From Candidatus Binatia bacterium (GTDB lineage: Bacteria; Desulfobacterota; Binatia; HRBIN30; JACQVA1), in the NCBI GenBank assembly GCA_035541895.1, contig DATKMK010000066.1:31004-95003 (forward strand): 64,000 nt of DNA, given 5' to 3'. Below the pieces are notes generated by a model. It had not been told where the DNA came from. It saw nothing but the letters and a program-made list of their open reading frames with translations, and did not search any database. Position 1 is the first letter of the stretch. Each line of letters starts with the position of its first letter. The position numbers and the translations under genes are program-made. This document shows, one piece after another, positions 8,528-17,986 of the stretch.

Positions 8528-9724
8528 TCATTCTACGATCTCTCGGTACGTCTGGAGTTGACGCGCGGCGATCGCGTCCCAGTCGTAACGCTCCACCACG
8601 AACTGCCGCGCGTTGCCGGCCAGCCGCGCCGCCAACGATCGATCCTGCAGAGCGCGGATGACCTGTGCGGCGAAGGCGTCGGCACCATCCGCGTTGAGTA
8701 GATGCGCCCCATCTACTGCATCGAGTCCTTCGCTGCCGATGGTGGTGGACACCACCGGACGGCCGAGCGCCATCGCCTCGAGTATCTTCAGGCGCGTACC
8801 ACCGCCGGCGCGCAGCGGCACCACCGCCACCGCAGTGCGGCGGTAGTAGGGAAGCACGTCGCTCACCATGCCGGTGACGTGAACTCCGTCGCTCTGCAAT
8901 CGGGTGATCGAAGGCGGCGGCTCGGCTCCGACGAGCCACACCTCCGCATCGGGCACCGCGCGCCGTACCCGCGGCAGGATCTCCGCGACCAGAAATTGTG
9001 CGGCATCGACACACGGGAGGTACCCCAGGTTGCCGATGAAGAGGAGGGACGCTGAACCGCCGTCGAGCGGGAGCGGCTGGTAAGCTTCGGTATCGACGCC
9101 GTTGGGAACCACGTCGACGTGCAGGCATGAATTGGCGCTGAGTAGCCCGCGGCGATCGCTCTCGGAGACGGCAATGCAGCGGTCGAAGCGCGCGGCATAG
9201 CGCGGTTCCCACCAACGCATGTGCGCGGCGAAGGCTCGCAATCGCAACTTCATCTTCCAAGTGGGCGCGAGGTGCGACATGCGCGCGAGTTGCTGGAACC
9301 CAACGTTGTGAAAGCTGAGCAATCGTCGAGTCCCCGGCCGGGGAAACAGCTCGATGTACGGCGCAAGAATCGACTCCTCGATGTGCACGAGATCGAACCG
9401 GCTCTGCCGATTCAGGGCGAGAAGGTGCTCGGCCAGTTCCTGCGAGTAGAAGTATTCCAACTCAAAGGGTGTGCCGGACAGCAGGAAGCGGAGCATCGCT
9501 GGAATGTGCGGGCGGAACGGCACCGGCCGCAGCCATCCCGTCGTGACATGGTGACAAAACTCCTGGAGATGTCCGATGTCGTCCGCGTCTTCTGGCCGAT
9601 ACAGGTGCGACGCGAGATACACTTCGTGGTGCTCCGCCATGCGCCGCACCAGATGGTAGTTGCGCAGACGCACGCCCGAAACCAGTGGATACGGAACCTG
9701 GTTGGTGATGATCAGGACTCGCAT
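8528..9724 (-). CDS. Glycosyltransferase, GT4 (group 1) family
   Basis: N-terminus MRVLIITNQVPYP and a C-terminal GT-B donor-binding stretch PLRAGGGTRLKILEAMALGRPVVSTTIGSEG (E-x7-E type). Confidence 0.8.
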   Translation of the reverse strand: MRVLIITNQVPYPLVSGVRLRNYHLVRRMAEHHEVYLASHLYRPEDADDIGHLQEFCHHVTTGWLRPVPFRPHIPAMLRFLLSGTPFELEYFYSQELAEHLLALNRQSRFDLVHIEESILAPYIELFPRPGTRRLLSFHNVGFQQLARMSHLAPTWKMKLRLRAFAAHMRWWEPRYAARFDRCIAVSESDRRGLLSANSCLHVDVVPNGVDTEAYQPLPLDGGSASLLFIGNLGYLPCVDAAQFLVAEILPRVRRAVPDAEVWLVGAEPPPSITRLQSDGVHVTGMVSDVLPYYRRTAVAVVPLRAGGGTRLKILEAMALGRPVVSTTIGSEGLDAVDGAHLLNADGADAFAAQVIRALQDRSLAARLAGNARQFVVERYDWDAIAARQLQTYREIVE

Positions 9725-9734
9725 GGCGGCCCGC

Positions 9735-11000
9735 TCAGTGACCAGCGGAGGTGGCGAGTCCGCCAGACCGCCAGTCCTCGAGCAGCCGCCGCCCGATGTG
9801 CTCGGCTTTTGTCTGAATCGCTTCGTCCTTCATGTGCGCAAGGTCCACGAACAAATCGTCCCGCTTGCCGGTCATCAGGCGGTCGAGATCGACGAACAGG
9901 ATGCGATCACGATAGTTGCTCGCGATGTCGCGCAGAACGTCGTTGGCTTGGTCCATGTGGACGAAGGTCGAGTACAGCGGCTTGGTCGGATCGGTGGTGT
10001 GGGGCATGGTCGTGAGGATGACGCGCGCGTGGCGCAGCGACGCGAGATCGATGATGGTTTCGATGTTGCGCCGGAACGGCTGCAGATCCTCGGTGCCGGT
10101 GTTGTCCTGGCGCGGGTAGTGAATCCGCGTTGCATCTTCGAGGAAGGCCCAGTCCGGCGGGCCGAAGTGGAAGCGCAGCGCGCGGTAGATGACGCTGAAG
10201 CGCAGTGGATAACGATCGATCTCCGTCGGTGGTTCGAACACCTTGAGCGCGTGTGAGTAGTCGTGCCGGAAGGCGGGGCCGGCGCCGCGCGCGGTCGCGT
10301 CGTTCCAGTTCTCGTGGATGATCACGTAGTCTGGCCGGAAGTCGACCACGTTGAGCACGAAGTTGACCAACGAGTGCGCGGAGGTCCAGAAGCCGACGCC
10401 GAAATTCATCACCTCAAAGCGCCGCTGGCTGCCGCCGACATTGGCGTTGAGCCATTTCTCCATGCGCTGCGGATAGCCGTCGGCGGTCGTGGAACCGCCG
10501 AGGGCGGCGACACGGATGATTCCCGTCGGCTTCTCATACGAGAAATCGCGACCGGTGAACCCGAGGTTGTTGAACGGAGTGAGGTCGCCCAAAGCCTGGT
10601 TGCCGATGAGGGCCACCGATGGGGTTCCGGCAAACTGGAGAAACGGATGACCCCGATAGGCGAGCAGATCGTTGTAACTCATGTTGCCCCAGCGGCTCAG
10701 GAGCAACTGCTGGGAGGGGAAGACCAGGTTGACCATGCCGCGCGCGGCCAGCTCGACCGAGACGAGCAGCAGCAGAATTCTGAGCGTGGCCCCGACGAGG
10801 GCGGTGCGCCGGCCGCCGAGGCGGCAATAGCCGCCGGCAAGCAGCAACACGGCCGAGAACCACCACAGGCCCGGCCGTTCGCGATCGAGGAGATGCACCA
10901 TTGCGAACACCCGATCGAATACGGGAGGCGTGAACAGCAGCGCAATCACGAGGACGAGTGCGAATGCGCCGCGGCCGCTGCGGACTTCTGACGAACGCAC
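9735..11000 (-). CDS. Membrane-anchored SGNH/GDSL-like hydrolase or acyl-transfer protein
   Basis: N-terminal hydrophobic segments, then SGNH-like blocks: IRVAALGGSTTADG (block I, Ser retained), IIHENWNDA (block III-like), DLAHMKDEA (D-x-x-H-like block V). Confidence 0.5.
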   Translation of the reverse strand: MRSSEVRSGRGAFALVLVIALLFTPPVFDRVFAMVHLLDRERPGLWWFSAVLLLAGGYCRLGGRRTALVGATLRILLLLVSVELAARGMVNLVFPSQQLLLSRWGNMSYNDLLAYRGHPFLQFAGTPSVALIGNQALGDLTPFNNLGFTGRDFSYEKPTGIIRVAALGGSTTADGYPQRMEKWLNANVGGSQRRFEVMNFGVGFWTSAHSLVNFVLNVVDFRPDYVIIHENWNDATARGAGPAFRHDYSHALKVFEPPTEIDRYPLRFSVIYRALRFHFGPPDWAFLEDATRIHYPRQDNTGTEDLQPFRRNIETIIDLASLRHARVILTTMPHTTDPTKPLYSTFVHMDQANDVLRDIASNYRDRILFVDLDRLMTGKRDDLFVDLAHMKDEAIQTKAEHIGRRLLEDWRSGGLATSAGH

Positions 11001-11070
11001 CCTCGCTCACTTGCGGTTATAAAGGAGTCGCTGAAGCCGGCTCGGTCGCGCGTTGGGTGTGTGAAGCGGG

Positions 11071-12837
11071 TCAGCTTTCCCCTGTTTCGGCGCGTTCATA
11101 CCGACTCCTCGACAGATGCCACACCAACGACGGGACCTTCACGTTCGCACGCAGCACTTCCGATCTTATGAACATTCCGATCGCCGCGGATAGGTACCAC
11201 AAGAGCAAGCGGCCCTCGATACGAACCCGGCGCATCCCGAGCTTCGTTAGCACGCGGATTGACGCGGCGTTGTCATAATCGCAGACGGCCGTGATCAGCT
11301 GCGCCCGCGGCTGAGTGAACACCCACCGGACGAGGGCTTGGACCGCCTCGGACCCGCACCCCTGCCGCCGGTACGCGGGAACCAGCCCGAAGTGGATTTC
11401 GACTGATCCGTCACGGTCGGGAGGTCCTTTGATTCCGACATCGCCAATCACGGTTTTGTCGCGATTGTGCACGATGAAATACAGCCGCCACACGCGCGAA
11501 GCCGGATCACGCTCGACCTCGTGCCGAGTCCGTTCTAAGAACTCCACCTGCTCCTGGCCGTCCCACCATACCGGGAGAAACCGAGCGGCGAGCCGCCGCT
11601 CCAGTGCTTTCCGATCGCTCAGGACCAAGTGGAGAAGTTCCGCCGAGAGGGGAATCAACGTGAGCCGAGGGGTCACCAAAGAACCAGGTTCGGATGCCTG
11701 CACGGCCGACTCCTCTCCGGCACCAATGGCGGCGCCGCACGACAGGTTACTCTCGATCACAGGGTGGTGCCGTGCAAAGATGCTTCTCGCAATCCGCCGC
11801 ACGAGCGCGGCTGGTCCCTGCTCTTCCAAGACGTCCCGCAGATCCTGATGGCGCAGCCACGTGCGGTCGAACCGGTGGCGGTAGACGGGAACGACCCGAC
11901 CACCCATGCGTAGAAAAAAAGGATGTGCTCCGGTCATTGAATAGCGCGAGAAACCTTCGGCGCATCCCCATTCGACGGTTTTCCAAACCAAGAGATCGTT
12001 GGGGCAAAGATGCAGAGATTCATCCAACGAGGCACTCTCCACATTTTCCAGAAGACCCCCGCGCACGAAGTGAACCGCGATCCCGGCGATGATCTGCCCC
12101 CCGTGCCGTGCGAGAAACAGTCGTCGATTCTCCCGGCGCATGAATCCTTCAGCAAAGGCCGCAAATGGGGGCAAGCCGCTATAGATCTGCTTCCGATTAG
12201 TCTGGCGCCAGCGACGGTAGACAGCGTAGTAAGCAGCCACATCGTCCTCGTTGGACGCCTCGAAAACGTCTACGCCGCGCTTCATTGCGTGCCGAATGTT
12301 TCTGCGGCGGCTCGTGTGCAACTGTGTGAAGAGCGCCTGCGGACCTTGCCGTAGGTCGAGCACTACCGTGCCGGTCAGCGCCCGCACGCGAAAGCCCGCG
12401 TGTTGAAAGGCGTCCAAAGGCGTCCACGCATAGGCCGTTACCAGCCGGCAGGAGCCCGATTCCATGAGGAACCCGCGCACCAATGCGTCGGCGGCACGTG
12501 AATGATCGGTTGCCGGATCAAAATGCACATGAGGACGGCATGTCAGTCCAGACACCACCGAATATCCTTCATGCCATCCGGTCAGGATTGCCGCGATTCG
12601 GCTCCCGTCGATCGCGAGGACGGCGAAGGGACGCTGGCCGGTGCAGCACTCCAGAAAGAATTCCGGCGCCACCGCGAGGGTAGGGCAGTCCGCCCGAATC
12701 AGAAACGCACGCCACGCCGCTTCGTCTGACGGGGCGGGAGGCCCATGCAGGACTCGATATGTGAAGGGCCGTTGCTCCCCCGGCTGGATCGGCAGGTGCC
12801 CGCCATCGCTGAGGCCGGATGACCGTGGGCTTACCAT
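11071..12837 (-). CDS. Fusion protein: FemAB-like / BioF2-like acyltransferase domain plus C-terminal RimJ/RimL-type GNAT domain
   Basis: The middle region (HTSRRRNIRHAMKRGVDV ... LFLARHGGQIIAGIAVHFVRGGLLENVESASL ... PNDLLVWKTVEWGCAEGFSRYSMTG) looks like the FemAB/Acetyltransf_6 family. The last ~170 aa (RLTLIPLS ... IGDVGIKGP ... GLVPAYRRQGCGSEAVQALVRWVF ... NAASIRVLTKLGM) are GNAT-like. Start chosen at the ATG at 12837, which overlaps the upstream stop (ATGGTAA); the ORF is open to 12996. Confidence 0.6.
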   Translation of the reverse strand: MVSPRSSGLSDGGHLPIQPGEQRPFTYRVLHGPPAPSDEAAWRAFLIRADCPTLAVAPEFFLECCTGQRPFAVLAIDGSRIAAILTGWHEGYSVVSGLTCRPHVHFDPATDHSRAADALVRGFLMESGSCRLVTAYAWTPLDAFQHAGFRVRALTGTVVLDLRQGPQALFTQLHTSRRRNIRHAMKRGVDVFEASNEDDVAAYYAVYRRWRQTNRKQIYSGLPPFAAFAEGFMRRENRRLFLARHGGQIIAGIAVHFVRGGLLENVESASLDESLHLCPNDLLVWKTVEWGCAEGFSRYSMTGAHPFFLRMGGRVVPVYRHRFDRTWLRHQDLRDVLEEQGPAALVRRIARSIFARHHPVIESNLSCGAAIGAGEESAVQASEPGSLVTPRLTLIPLSAELLHLVLSDRKALERRLAARFLPVWWDGQEQVEFLERTRHEVERDPASRVWRLYFIVHNRDKTVIGDVGIKGPPDRDGSVEIHFGLVPAYRRQGCGSEAVQALVRWVFTQPRAQLITAVCDYDNAASIRVLTKLGMRRVRIEGRLLLWYLSAAIGMFIRSEVLRANVKVPSLVWHLSRSRYERAETGES

Positions 12838-13598
12838 CCCACCTCCGGTGGCTGTACGACGCCATCGATCGTCCACGGTCGTGCAGGGTTGTCGGCGTGG
12901 ATGATCGATGGATGATTCCCTGATCGAAACAAGAGAGGGCTGGCGGCGTAAGCCTTGATTCGCCGCGTGCTGACTAACTCTTCGGCCACGATGCAATCGA
13001 TTGGCCTATCGATGGGACGGGCGGCACGCAAGAGCTTCTCGGCTCCGCGGCGAGACACCGCGTAGGCCGCTGCGCCGTACGGATGATAGGGGATGACGGT
13101 TCGGGATGTGCGCCGCCTGATCTTGTCCTGCCGATCGTGGCAACGATAGAGGAACCATACCTCCCACGCGCGCGGCAGGTCCCCATAGGCCCGAAGAAAC
13201 CGCTCGTACCAATCCGCATCGCTTCCGCTGGGCACGACATCGTCTTCCAGGATCAGGGCGTGGCTCAGGCCGCGGCGCACGATGTCGGTCAACACACCAA
13301 AGTGGCTGAGCGCGCAGCCGATCTCTCCCTTGACGGCACCCGCGGTGAACCGCGAAAAGTCGGTTGCTAGCACGCCGACTGCCTGCAGGGTCTGCACGAA
13401 CTCGTCGTCCAGACGCCGGCCGTCAACGCCACTCCAGCGAACGACGTGTCGCAGCGCGGTTCGCTCAATCACTCTGGTCATGTGCTGCCAGCGCTCGCGA
13501 CTGTCCTCCAGGGTAATGACGTAAGTTGCGCCGAACGGAAACGCGGGCGTGGTCGTCCACCGAAACCGCGGAGGCGATAGACGGTCCCAGAAACCCAT
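12831..13598 (-). CDS. Glycosyltransferase family 25 (LPS/LOS glycosyltransferase-like)
   Basis: YVITLEDSRERWQHM ... WSGVDGRRL ... GEIGCALSHFGVL ... ALILEDDVV ... YGAAAYAVSRRGAEKLL matches the GT25 pattern (INL..s.eR, avDG, EiGCalSH, lIlEDD). Confidence 0.7.
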   Translation of the reverse strand: MGFWDRLSPPRFRWTTTPAFPFGATYVITLEDSRERWQHMTRVIERTALRHVVRWSGVDGRRLDDEFVQTLQAVGVLATDFSRFTAGAVKGEIGCALSHFGVLTDIVRRGLSHALILEDDVVPSGSDADWYERFLRAYGDLPRAWEVWFLYRCHDRQDKIRRRTSRTVIPYHPYGAAAYAVSRRGAEKLLRAARPIDRPIDCIVAEELVSTRRIKAYAASPLLFRSGNHPSIIHADNPARPWTIDGVVQPPEVGW

Positions 13599-13688
13599 GG
13601 CGTGCGTTAGGTGTCGAGCGGGTCGATCGCGCCGGCATCGCTCATCGCATTGCCTCGGCGCATCGTTTTGGGTTCATGTGCGAAGTGT

Positions 13689-14453
13689 TCATCTCGTGTG
13701 CGGTCCGGCGTGCGTCCGGTCGAGGGCCAACAGTTCGTCGATCGAGACAAAGGCGTAGCCCCGTCTCCGTAGCTGTTCGATGATCAGCCCGGTCGCGACC
13801 GCGGTGCCGTCGCGCGGTCCGCCGCCGTCGTGCAAGAGAATGATGGCGCCGGGTGTCACCCGCGCGACGACCCGCTGTGCGATGCAATCCGGGTCCTGAG
13901 TCATCCAATCGTCTCCCCCGACGTGGCCGAGAATACTTTTCCGTTTCTGTCGTGCCAAGACAAACGCGACGGCGAACAGGTGCCGTCCGTACGGGGAACG
14001 GAAATGGATCTCACCGTTCGCCCCCAGAGACCGCAGGAGTGCGTCCGTCGCCGCAATTTGCGCTCGCACGAAGGAAGGTGTCCGCAACACCAGCGGCGAA
14101 TGCCAATACGAGTGATTCCCGGCGGCGTGTCCACGCGCGACGACCTCACGCGCGGCGTCGGGATGCGACGCGATGTTCCGGCCGATCATGAAGAACGTGG
14201 CGCGGACGCCGTGACGGTTGAGGACGTCGAGCACGGCTTGCGTATGCGGCGGATTCGGCCCGTCGTCGTACGTGAGCGTAACCGCGGGTACGTGCGTCTT
14301 CACCCCGTCGAATACCTCACCGAAGGGCGAATGACGCATCAAGAAATGGAGGACCGTGATGGCGCGGGGATGCTCGATCAGCCGCCGGCGCCATTCTTCC
14401 CCGCGTGGCCGCGCTGTCATCAGCGTCGCTGCATTGAGTGTGCGGTCGCGCAT
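13689..14453 (-). CDS. Polysaccharide deacetylase (NodB homology domain), paralogue 1
   Basis: VTLTYDDGPNPPHT ... ATFFMIGRNI ... GHAAGNHSYWH ... IILLHDGGG. Start set at the ATG at 14453; the longer ORF to 14777 would overlap the ABC ATPase gene. Confidence 0.8.
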   Translation of the reverse strand: MRDRTLNAATLMTARPRGEEWRRRLIEHPRAITVLHFLMRHSPFGEVFDGVKTHVPAVTLTYDDGPNPPHTQAVLDVLNRHGVRATFFMIGRNIASHPDAAREVVARGHAAGNHSYWHSPLVLRTPSFVRAQIAATDALLRSLGANGEIHFRSPYGRHLFAVAFVLARQKRKSILGHVGGDDWMTQDPDCIAQRVVARVTPGAIILLHDGGGPRDGTAVATGLIIEQLRRRGYAFVSIDELLALDRTHAGPHTR

Positions 14454-14479
14454 GAGAGGTTCCGAGGCGGCATGTCTAA

Positions 14480-15238
14480 CTAGGACGAGACGACACGATT
14501 GTTCGCCATCCACGCGATGTAGGCGTCGGCCACCTCGCGCGCGTCGCCGATTGCGCGGACCTGACCCCCATCGAGCCACAGGGCGTGGTCGCACCGCTGG
14601 CGCACCAAACTGAGATCGTGCGACGCCACCACGATGGTCCCGCCGCTGCGCTGAAAGCGCTCCATCCACGCGATGCACTTGTCGACGAAGAGGCCGTCGC
14701 CCACGGCGAACACTTCGTCGATGAGCAGGATTTCCGGCGCCGAGTGAATCGCGGCCGCGAAGCCGAGTCGCATGCACATGCCGCTCGAGTACGTCCGCAC
14801 CGGCTCATCGATGAAACCGTCGATGCCGGCGAATTCGACGATACGGTCGAACTGGTCGCGCAGTTCGCGCCGCGTCAAGCCGTGCAGGAGGCCGATCACC
14901 ATGACGTTTTCGCGCCCGGTAAAGTCGGGATGGAGGCCGAGACCCAACTCGATGAGCGACACCCTCCGACCGGTGGTGCGAACCGTGCCGAGGTCGGGAC
15001 GATAGATGCCGGCCGCGACTTTCAACAGGGTTGTTTTCCCGGATCCATTACGACCGATGACGGCCAGCGTTTCGCCAGCAGCCGTCTGGAAGGACACGTC
15101 GCGAAGCGCTTCGATCGGCGGGGGGGCTTCGAGTCGCTGGGCTCCCGCCAAGAGAGCCTTCAGCGTTCCGTAGTTGGCGGTGACGCTGCGGCGGCGAAAG
15201 CGTTTGGTCACGGTGCGGAACTCGACGGCCAGCATCAC
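14480..15238 (-). CDS. ABC transporter ATP-binding protein, polysaccharide/teichoic-acid exporter type (Wzt/TagH-like, no C-terminal glycan-binding extension)
   Basis: Walker A GRNGSGKTTLLK, signature YSSGMCMRLGF, Walker B ILLIDEVFAVGD, with LGLGLHPDFTGRENV typical of the Wzt/TagH/KpsT group. Only 252 aa. Confidence 0.85.
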   Translation of the reverse strand: MMLAVEFRTVTKRFRRRSVTANYGTLKALLAGAQRLEAPPPIEALRDVSFQTAAGETLAVIGRNGSGKTTLLKVAAGIYRPDLGTVRTTGRRVSLIELGLGLHPDFTGRENVMVIGLLHGLTRRELRDQFDRIVEFAGIDGFIDEPVRTYSSGMCMRLGFAAAIHSAPEILLIDEVFAVGDGLFVDKCIAWMERFQRSGGTIVVASHDLSLVRQRCDHALWLDGGQVRAIGDAREVADAYIAWMANNRVVSS

Positions 15239-16035
15239 AGCTCCTCCGCCAAGCGCAGTCGGTAGCGGGCAAAGATGATCTCACACACCGCGTGAACGCC
15301 GAGCGCGGCCAGCGCGATGATTGCGAGGTCGCCGGCGCTGGGTGCTTCGCCCTCATACAAGGTCCGTTGGTACGCGCGCGCGAGATGCGACCACGGATTG
15401 AGCGTCACGACGAATCGCAACCCCTGCGGCACGATCGATGCGGGGTACAGAATTGGGGTCGCGAAGAAAAGGGCCTGAATAGCGGTGGGCAGCGCCTGCT
15501 GGATATCGCGGAGATACACGTTCCAGGCTGAGAGGACGATCACCGGACCGAGCGTGAGCAGGAACTGCAGGCTCAACAACAGCGGCAGCGCGAGCAGGCT
15601 TCGTCCCAACGGCCGTCCAACCCCCAACGCGAAGAGCGCGACGACCGGCAACGACAGCGCGCAGTGGACGATGCTGCTCAGGACGGTAGCCGCCGGCAAC
15701 AATTCCGGATCCAAGCGCGTCCGCGTGATCAGGTTGGTCCCGTTGAGAATGGCGGTGGCTCCTTCTTGAAGCGCAGAGGCAAAGAACATCCACGGCATGA
15801 ACGCGCTGAACAAGAAGGCGGCATACCCGGGTACATCGACGCGCATGTACACGCCGAACACCACGCTGTACACCGCCATCAGGAGCGTCGGGCCGAGCAA
15901 CGTCCAGAGATATCCGAGCAGGGTTCCGCGATAGCGTGCTTGCACCGACCGCGCGATCAATATCTGCAGCAATGCCGCGCGCCGCATCAGCGTTCCGATG
16001 ATCGTCGCGGGCAGCTTCGGCTCGTCTCGACTCAT
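15235..16035 (-). CDS. ABC-2 type exporter permease (Wzm/TagG-like)
   Basis: RYRGTLLGYLWTLLGPTLLMAVYSVVFG plus six hydrophobic segments. The ATG at 16035 overlaps the upstream stop (ATGA), and its stop overlaps the ATPase start. The ORF is open to 16242. Confidence 0.8.
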   Translation of the reverse strand: MSRDEPKLPATIIGTLMRRAALLQILIARSVQARYRGTLLGYLWTLLGPTLLMAVYSVVFGVYMRVDVPGYAAFLFSAFMPWMFFASALQEGATAILNGTNLITRTRLDPELLPAATVLSSIVHCALSLPVVALFALGVGRPLGRSLLALPLLLSLQFLLTLGPVIVLSAWNVYLRDIQQALPTAIQALFFATPILYPASIVPQGLRFVVTLNPWSHLARAYQRTLYEGEAPSAGDLAIIALAALGVHAVCEIIFARYRLRLAEEL

Positions 16036-16949
16036 GCCGGCAGCACCTGTCCGTGTGCGCGCAGTGCCGGCGCGACGCGCGGGCGATAGATACGGCGGAG
16101 GACGCGCGTGACGAGCGCGGGCAGCGGCGCGCGCGCCAGCGGCGCGATGCCGAACAGGCTGGTTTCTTTGAGCAGCGCCCAGCGGCTGCAGTGACCGATC
16201 TCTCGATAGTACGAGCGCAGCAGCCGGCAGCGCGCGCGACATTCTGCCGCCAAATTGTCGGAGCGTCCCCCCGTGCGATGGTGCCGCACCAGCGACTGTG
16301 GGATGTGAATGAACTCGTATCGCTGCGCCAGCCGGGTCAGCAACTCCAAATCTTCGAACGCCGGGAGCTGCTCATCGAACCCGCCAACCTGCAGTAGACA
16401 CTCCGTGCGCACGACGACCCCCACGATCCCGAGCATATAGACTTGGTAGAAGCCGGTCGCCGGATCGACGGCGCGGCCCGATGTGACCGAAGGAGAAGGG
16501 TGGTAGACGACGGTACCATCGTCGCGGACCAGCGACATGTCCGAATAGATGACTCCCACGGCCGCCGCCGCTCGGGCGAAGGCTGCCATCTGTCGTTCGA
16601 GTTTGTCGGGCGTCCACTCGTCGTCGGAGTCCTGGAACGCGACAAACTCTCCGCGGGCAGCGCGAATGCCGACATTGCGGGCGGCGCCGGGCCCGACGTT
16701 GGAGTCCAGGCGGTGACAGCGCAGCCGTTGGTCGGTGAAACGCTGTACTACAGCGTGTGTGTCGTCGGTCGACCCATCGTCGATCACGAGCAGCTCGAAA
16801 TCGTCGTAGGTTTGCGCGAGCACGGTCATGATCGATCGATCCAGCAGGGCGGCGCGATTGTATGTCGGGAGGACCACGCTGACCTTCGGATCGGACGCGT
16901 AGCTCATGGGGGGCACACGCTGACTGATGAGTTGGCGATCGTCAAGCAC
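16032..16949 (-). CDS. Glycosyltransferase family 2
   Basis: VSVVLPTYNRAALLDRSIMTVLAQTYDDFELLVIDDGSTDDT and FQDSDDEW (DxD). Start ambiguous: GTG at 16949 overlapping the upstream stop, or ATG at 16907. Confidence 0.85.
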   Translation of the reverse strand: MLDDRQLISQRVPPMSYASDPKVSVVLPTYNRAALLDRSIMTVLAQTYDDFELLVIDDGSTDDTHAVVQRFTDQRLRCHRLDSNVGPGAARNVGIRAARGEFVAFQDSDDEWTPDKLERQMAAFARAAAAVGVIYSDMSLVRDDGTVVYHPSPSVTSGRAVDPATGFYQVYMLGIVGVVVRTECLLQVGGFDEQLPAFEDLELLTRLAQRYEFIHIPQSLVRHHRTGGRSDNLAAECRARCRLLRSYYREIGHCSRWALLKETSLFGIAPLARAPLPALVTRVLRRIYRPRVAPALRAHGQVLPA

Positions 16950-17781
16950 GTCGCGGGAGTGCGAGCAACTCCCAAATCGAGACGAACTGATAGCCCATCG
17001 TGCGCAGTTGCTCGATGATCATCCTCGTTGCGACTACGGTGCCCTGGCGCGCCCCGCTGCCATCGTGCAGAAGAATGATCGAGCCTGGGCTCACGCCTTG
17101 CACTACGCGCGCGGTGATGCGTTCGGCATCCTGGTCGTCCCAATCCAAGCCGCCAACCCGGCCGAGAATATTCGTGCGGCGTTGCTGGGTGAGGACCAGC
17201 GGGACCGCGAAGAGATGCAGCGCATACGGTGAGCGGAAATGGATTTCGCCGCTCGCCCCAAGAGCCCGCAGGAGGTTGTCGGTCGCCGCGAGCTCCGAGC
17301 GCACGAAGGCCGGCGTCCGAAACACCAGCGGCGAGTGTGAATATGAATGGTTGCCGATCTCATGCCCGTGCGCCAGCACCGCTCGCGCCGTGTCGGGATG
17401 CGACTCAATGTTCCGACCGATCATGAAGAACGTCGCTTTGATGCGGTAGCGGGCAAGTACCTGGAGGATTTCCTCGGTGTACGGCGGATTCGGTCCGTCG
17501 TCGAACGTCAGTGCGACCGCGGGCACCGTGGTCTCGACGCGATCGTACACCTCGCCCATTGTTGTATGCCGCATCACAGACACGATGGTTCTTTTGACCA
17601 AGGGGTTCTGAACCAGGCGCAGACGCCAGCGCTCGCCCCGCGGCGGCTTTTGCGTCGGCGCGACACCGGTGAGGGTCCGTGCAGTGTGCGCGGCATCGCG
17701 AATGCCGCTGACTTGAGTCATAGACTCGGGAGCGGCTTGTACGCCGGCGGATCGCAGATCGTCAAGCCGCGCGCGGTACAT
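16942..17781 (-). CDS. Polysaccharide deacetylase (NodB homology domain), paralogue 2
   Basis: VALTFDDGPNPPYT ... ATFFMIGRNI ... GHEIGNHSYSH ... IILLHDGSG. Collinear with, and by eye roughly two thirds identical to, the 13689..14453 product. The start may be the ATG at 17721. Confidence 0.8.
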   Translation of the reverse strand: MYRARLDDLRSAGVQAAPESMTQVSGIRDAAHTARTLTGVAPTQKPPRGERWRLRLVQNPLVKRTIVSVMRHTTMGEVYDRVETTVPAVALTFDDGPNPPYTEEILQVLARYRIKATFFMIGRNIESHPDTARAVLAHGHEIGNHSYSHSPLVFRTPAFVRSELAATDNLLRALGASGEIHFRSPYALHLFAVPLVLTQQRRTNILGRVGGLDWDDQDAERITARVVQGVSPGSIILLHDGSGARQGTVVATRMIIEQLRTMGYQFVSIWELLALPRRA

Positions 17782-17986
17782 TTCACACGGGCGCCACGGA
17801 CACTGCTGGACTCGATGAACGACTTGCGCTGTGGCATGCTCCGATTGAGCGTCGGTATGCCGACGTGTCGCCGATCGTCAAGCCGGCCCAGGATTTCTCG
17901 GCCGGTGGGGGTCAGACCGTGTCCACATGAGCGGTCGAACAGATGAAGCGTTGATGCATGGAAGCTTTCCACAGGGGGAGTCCCGG

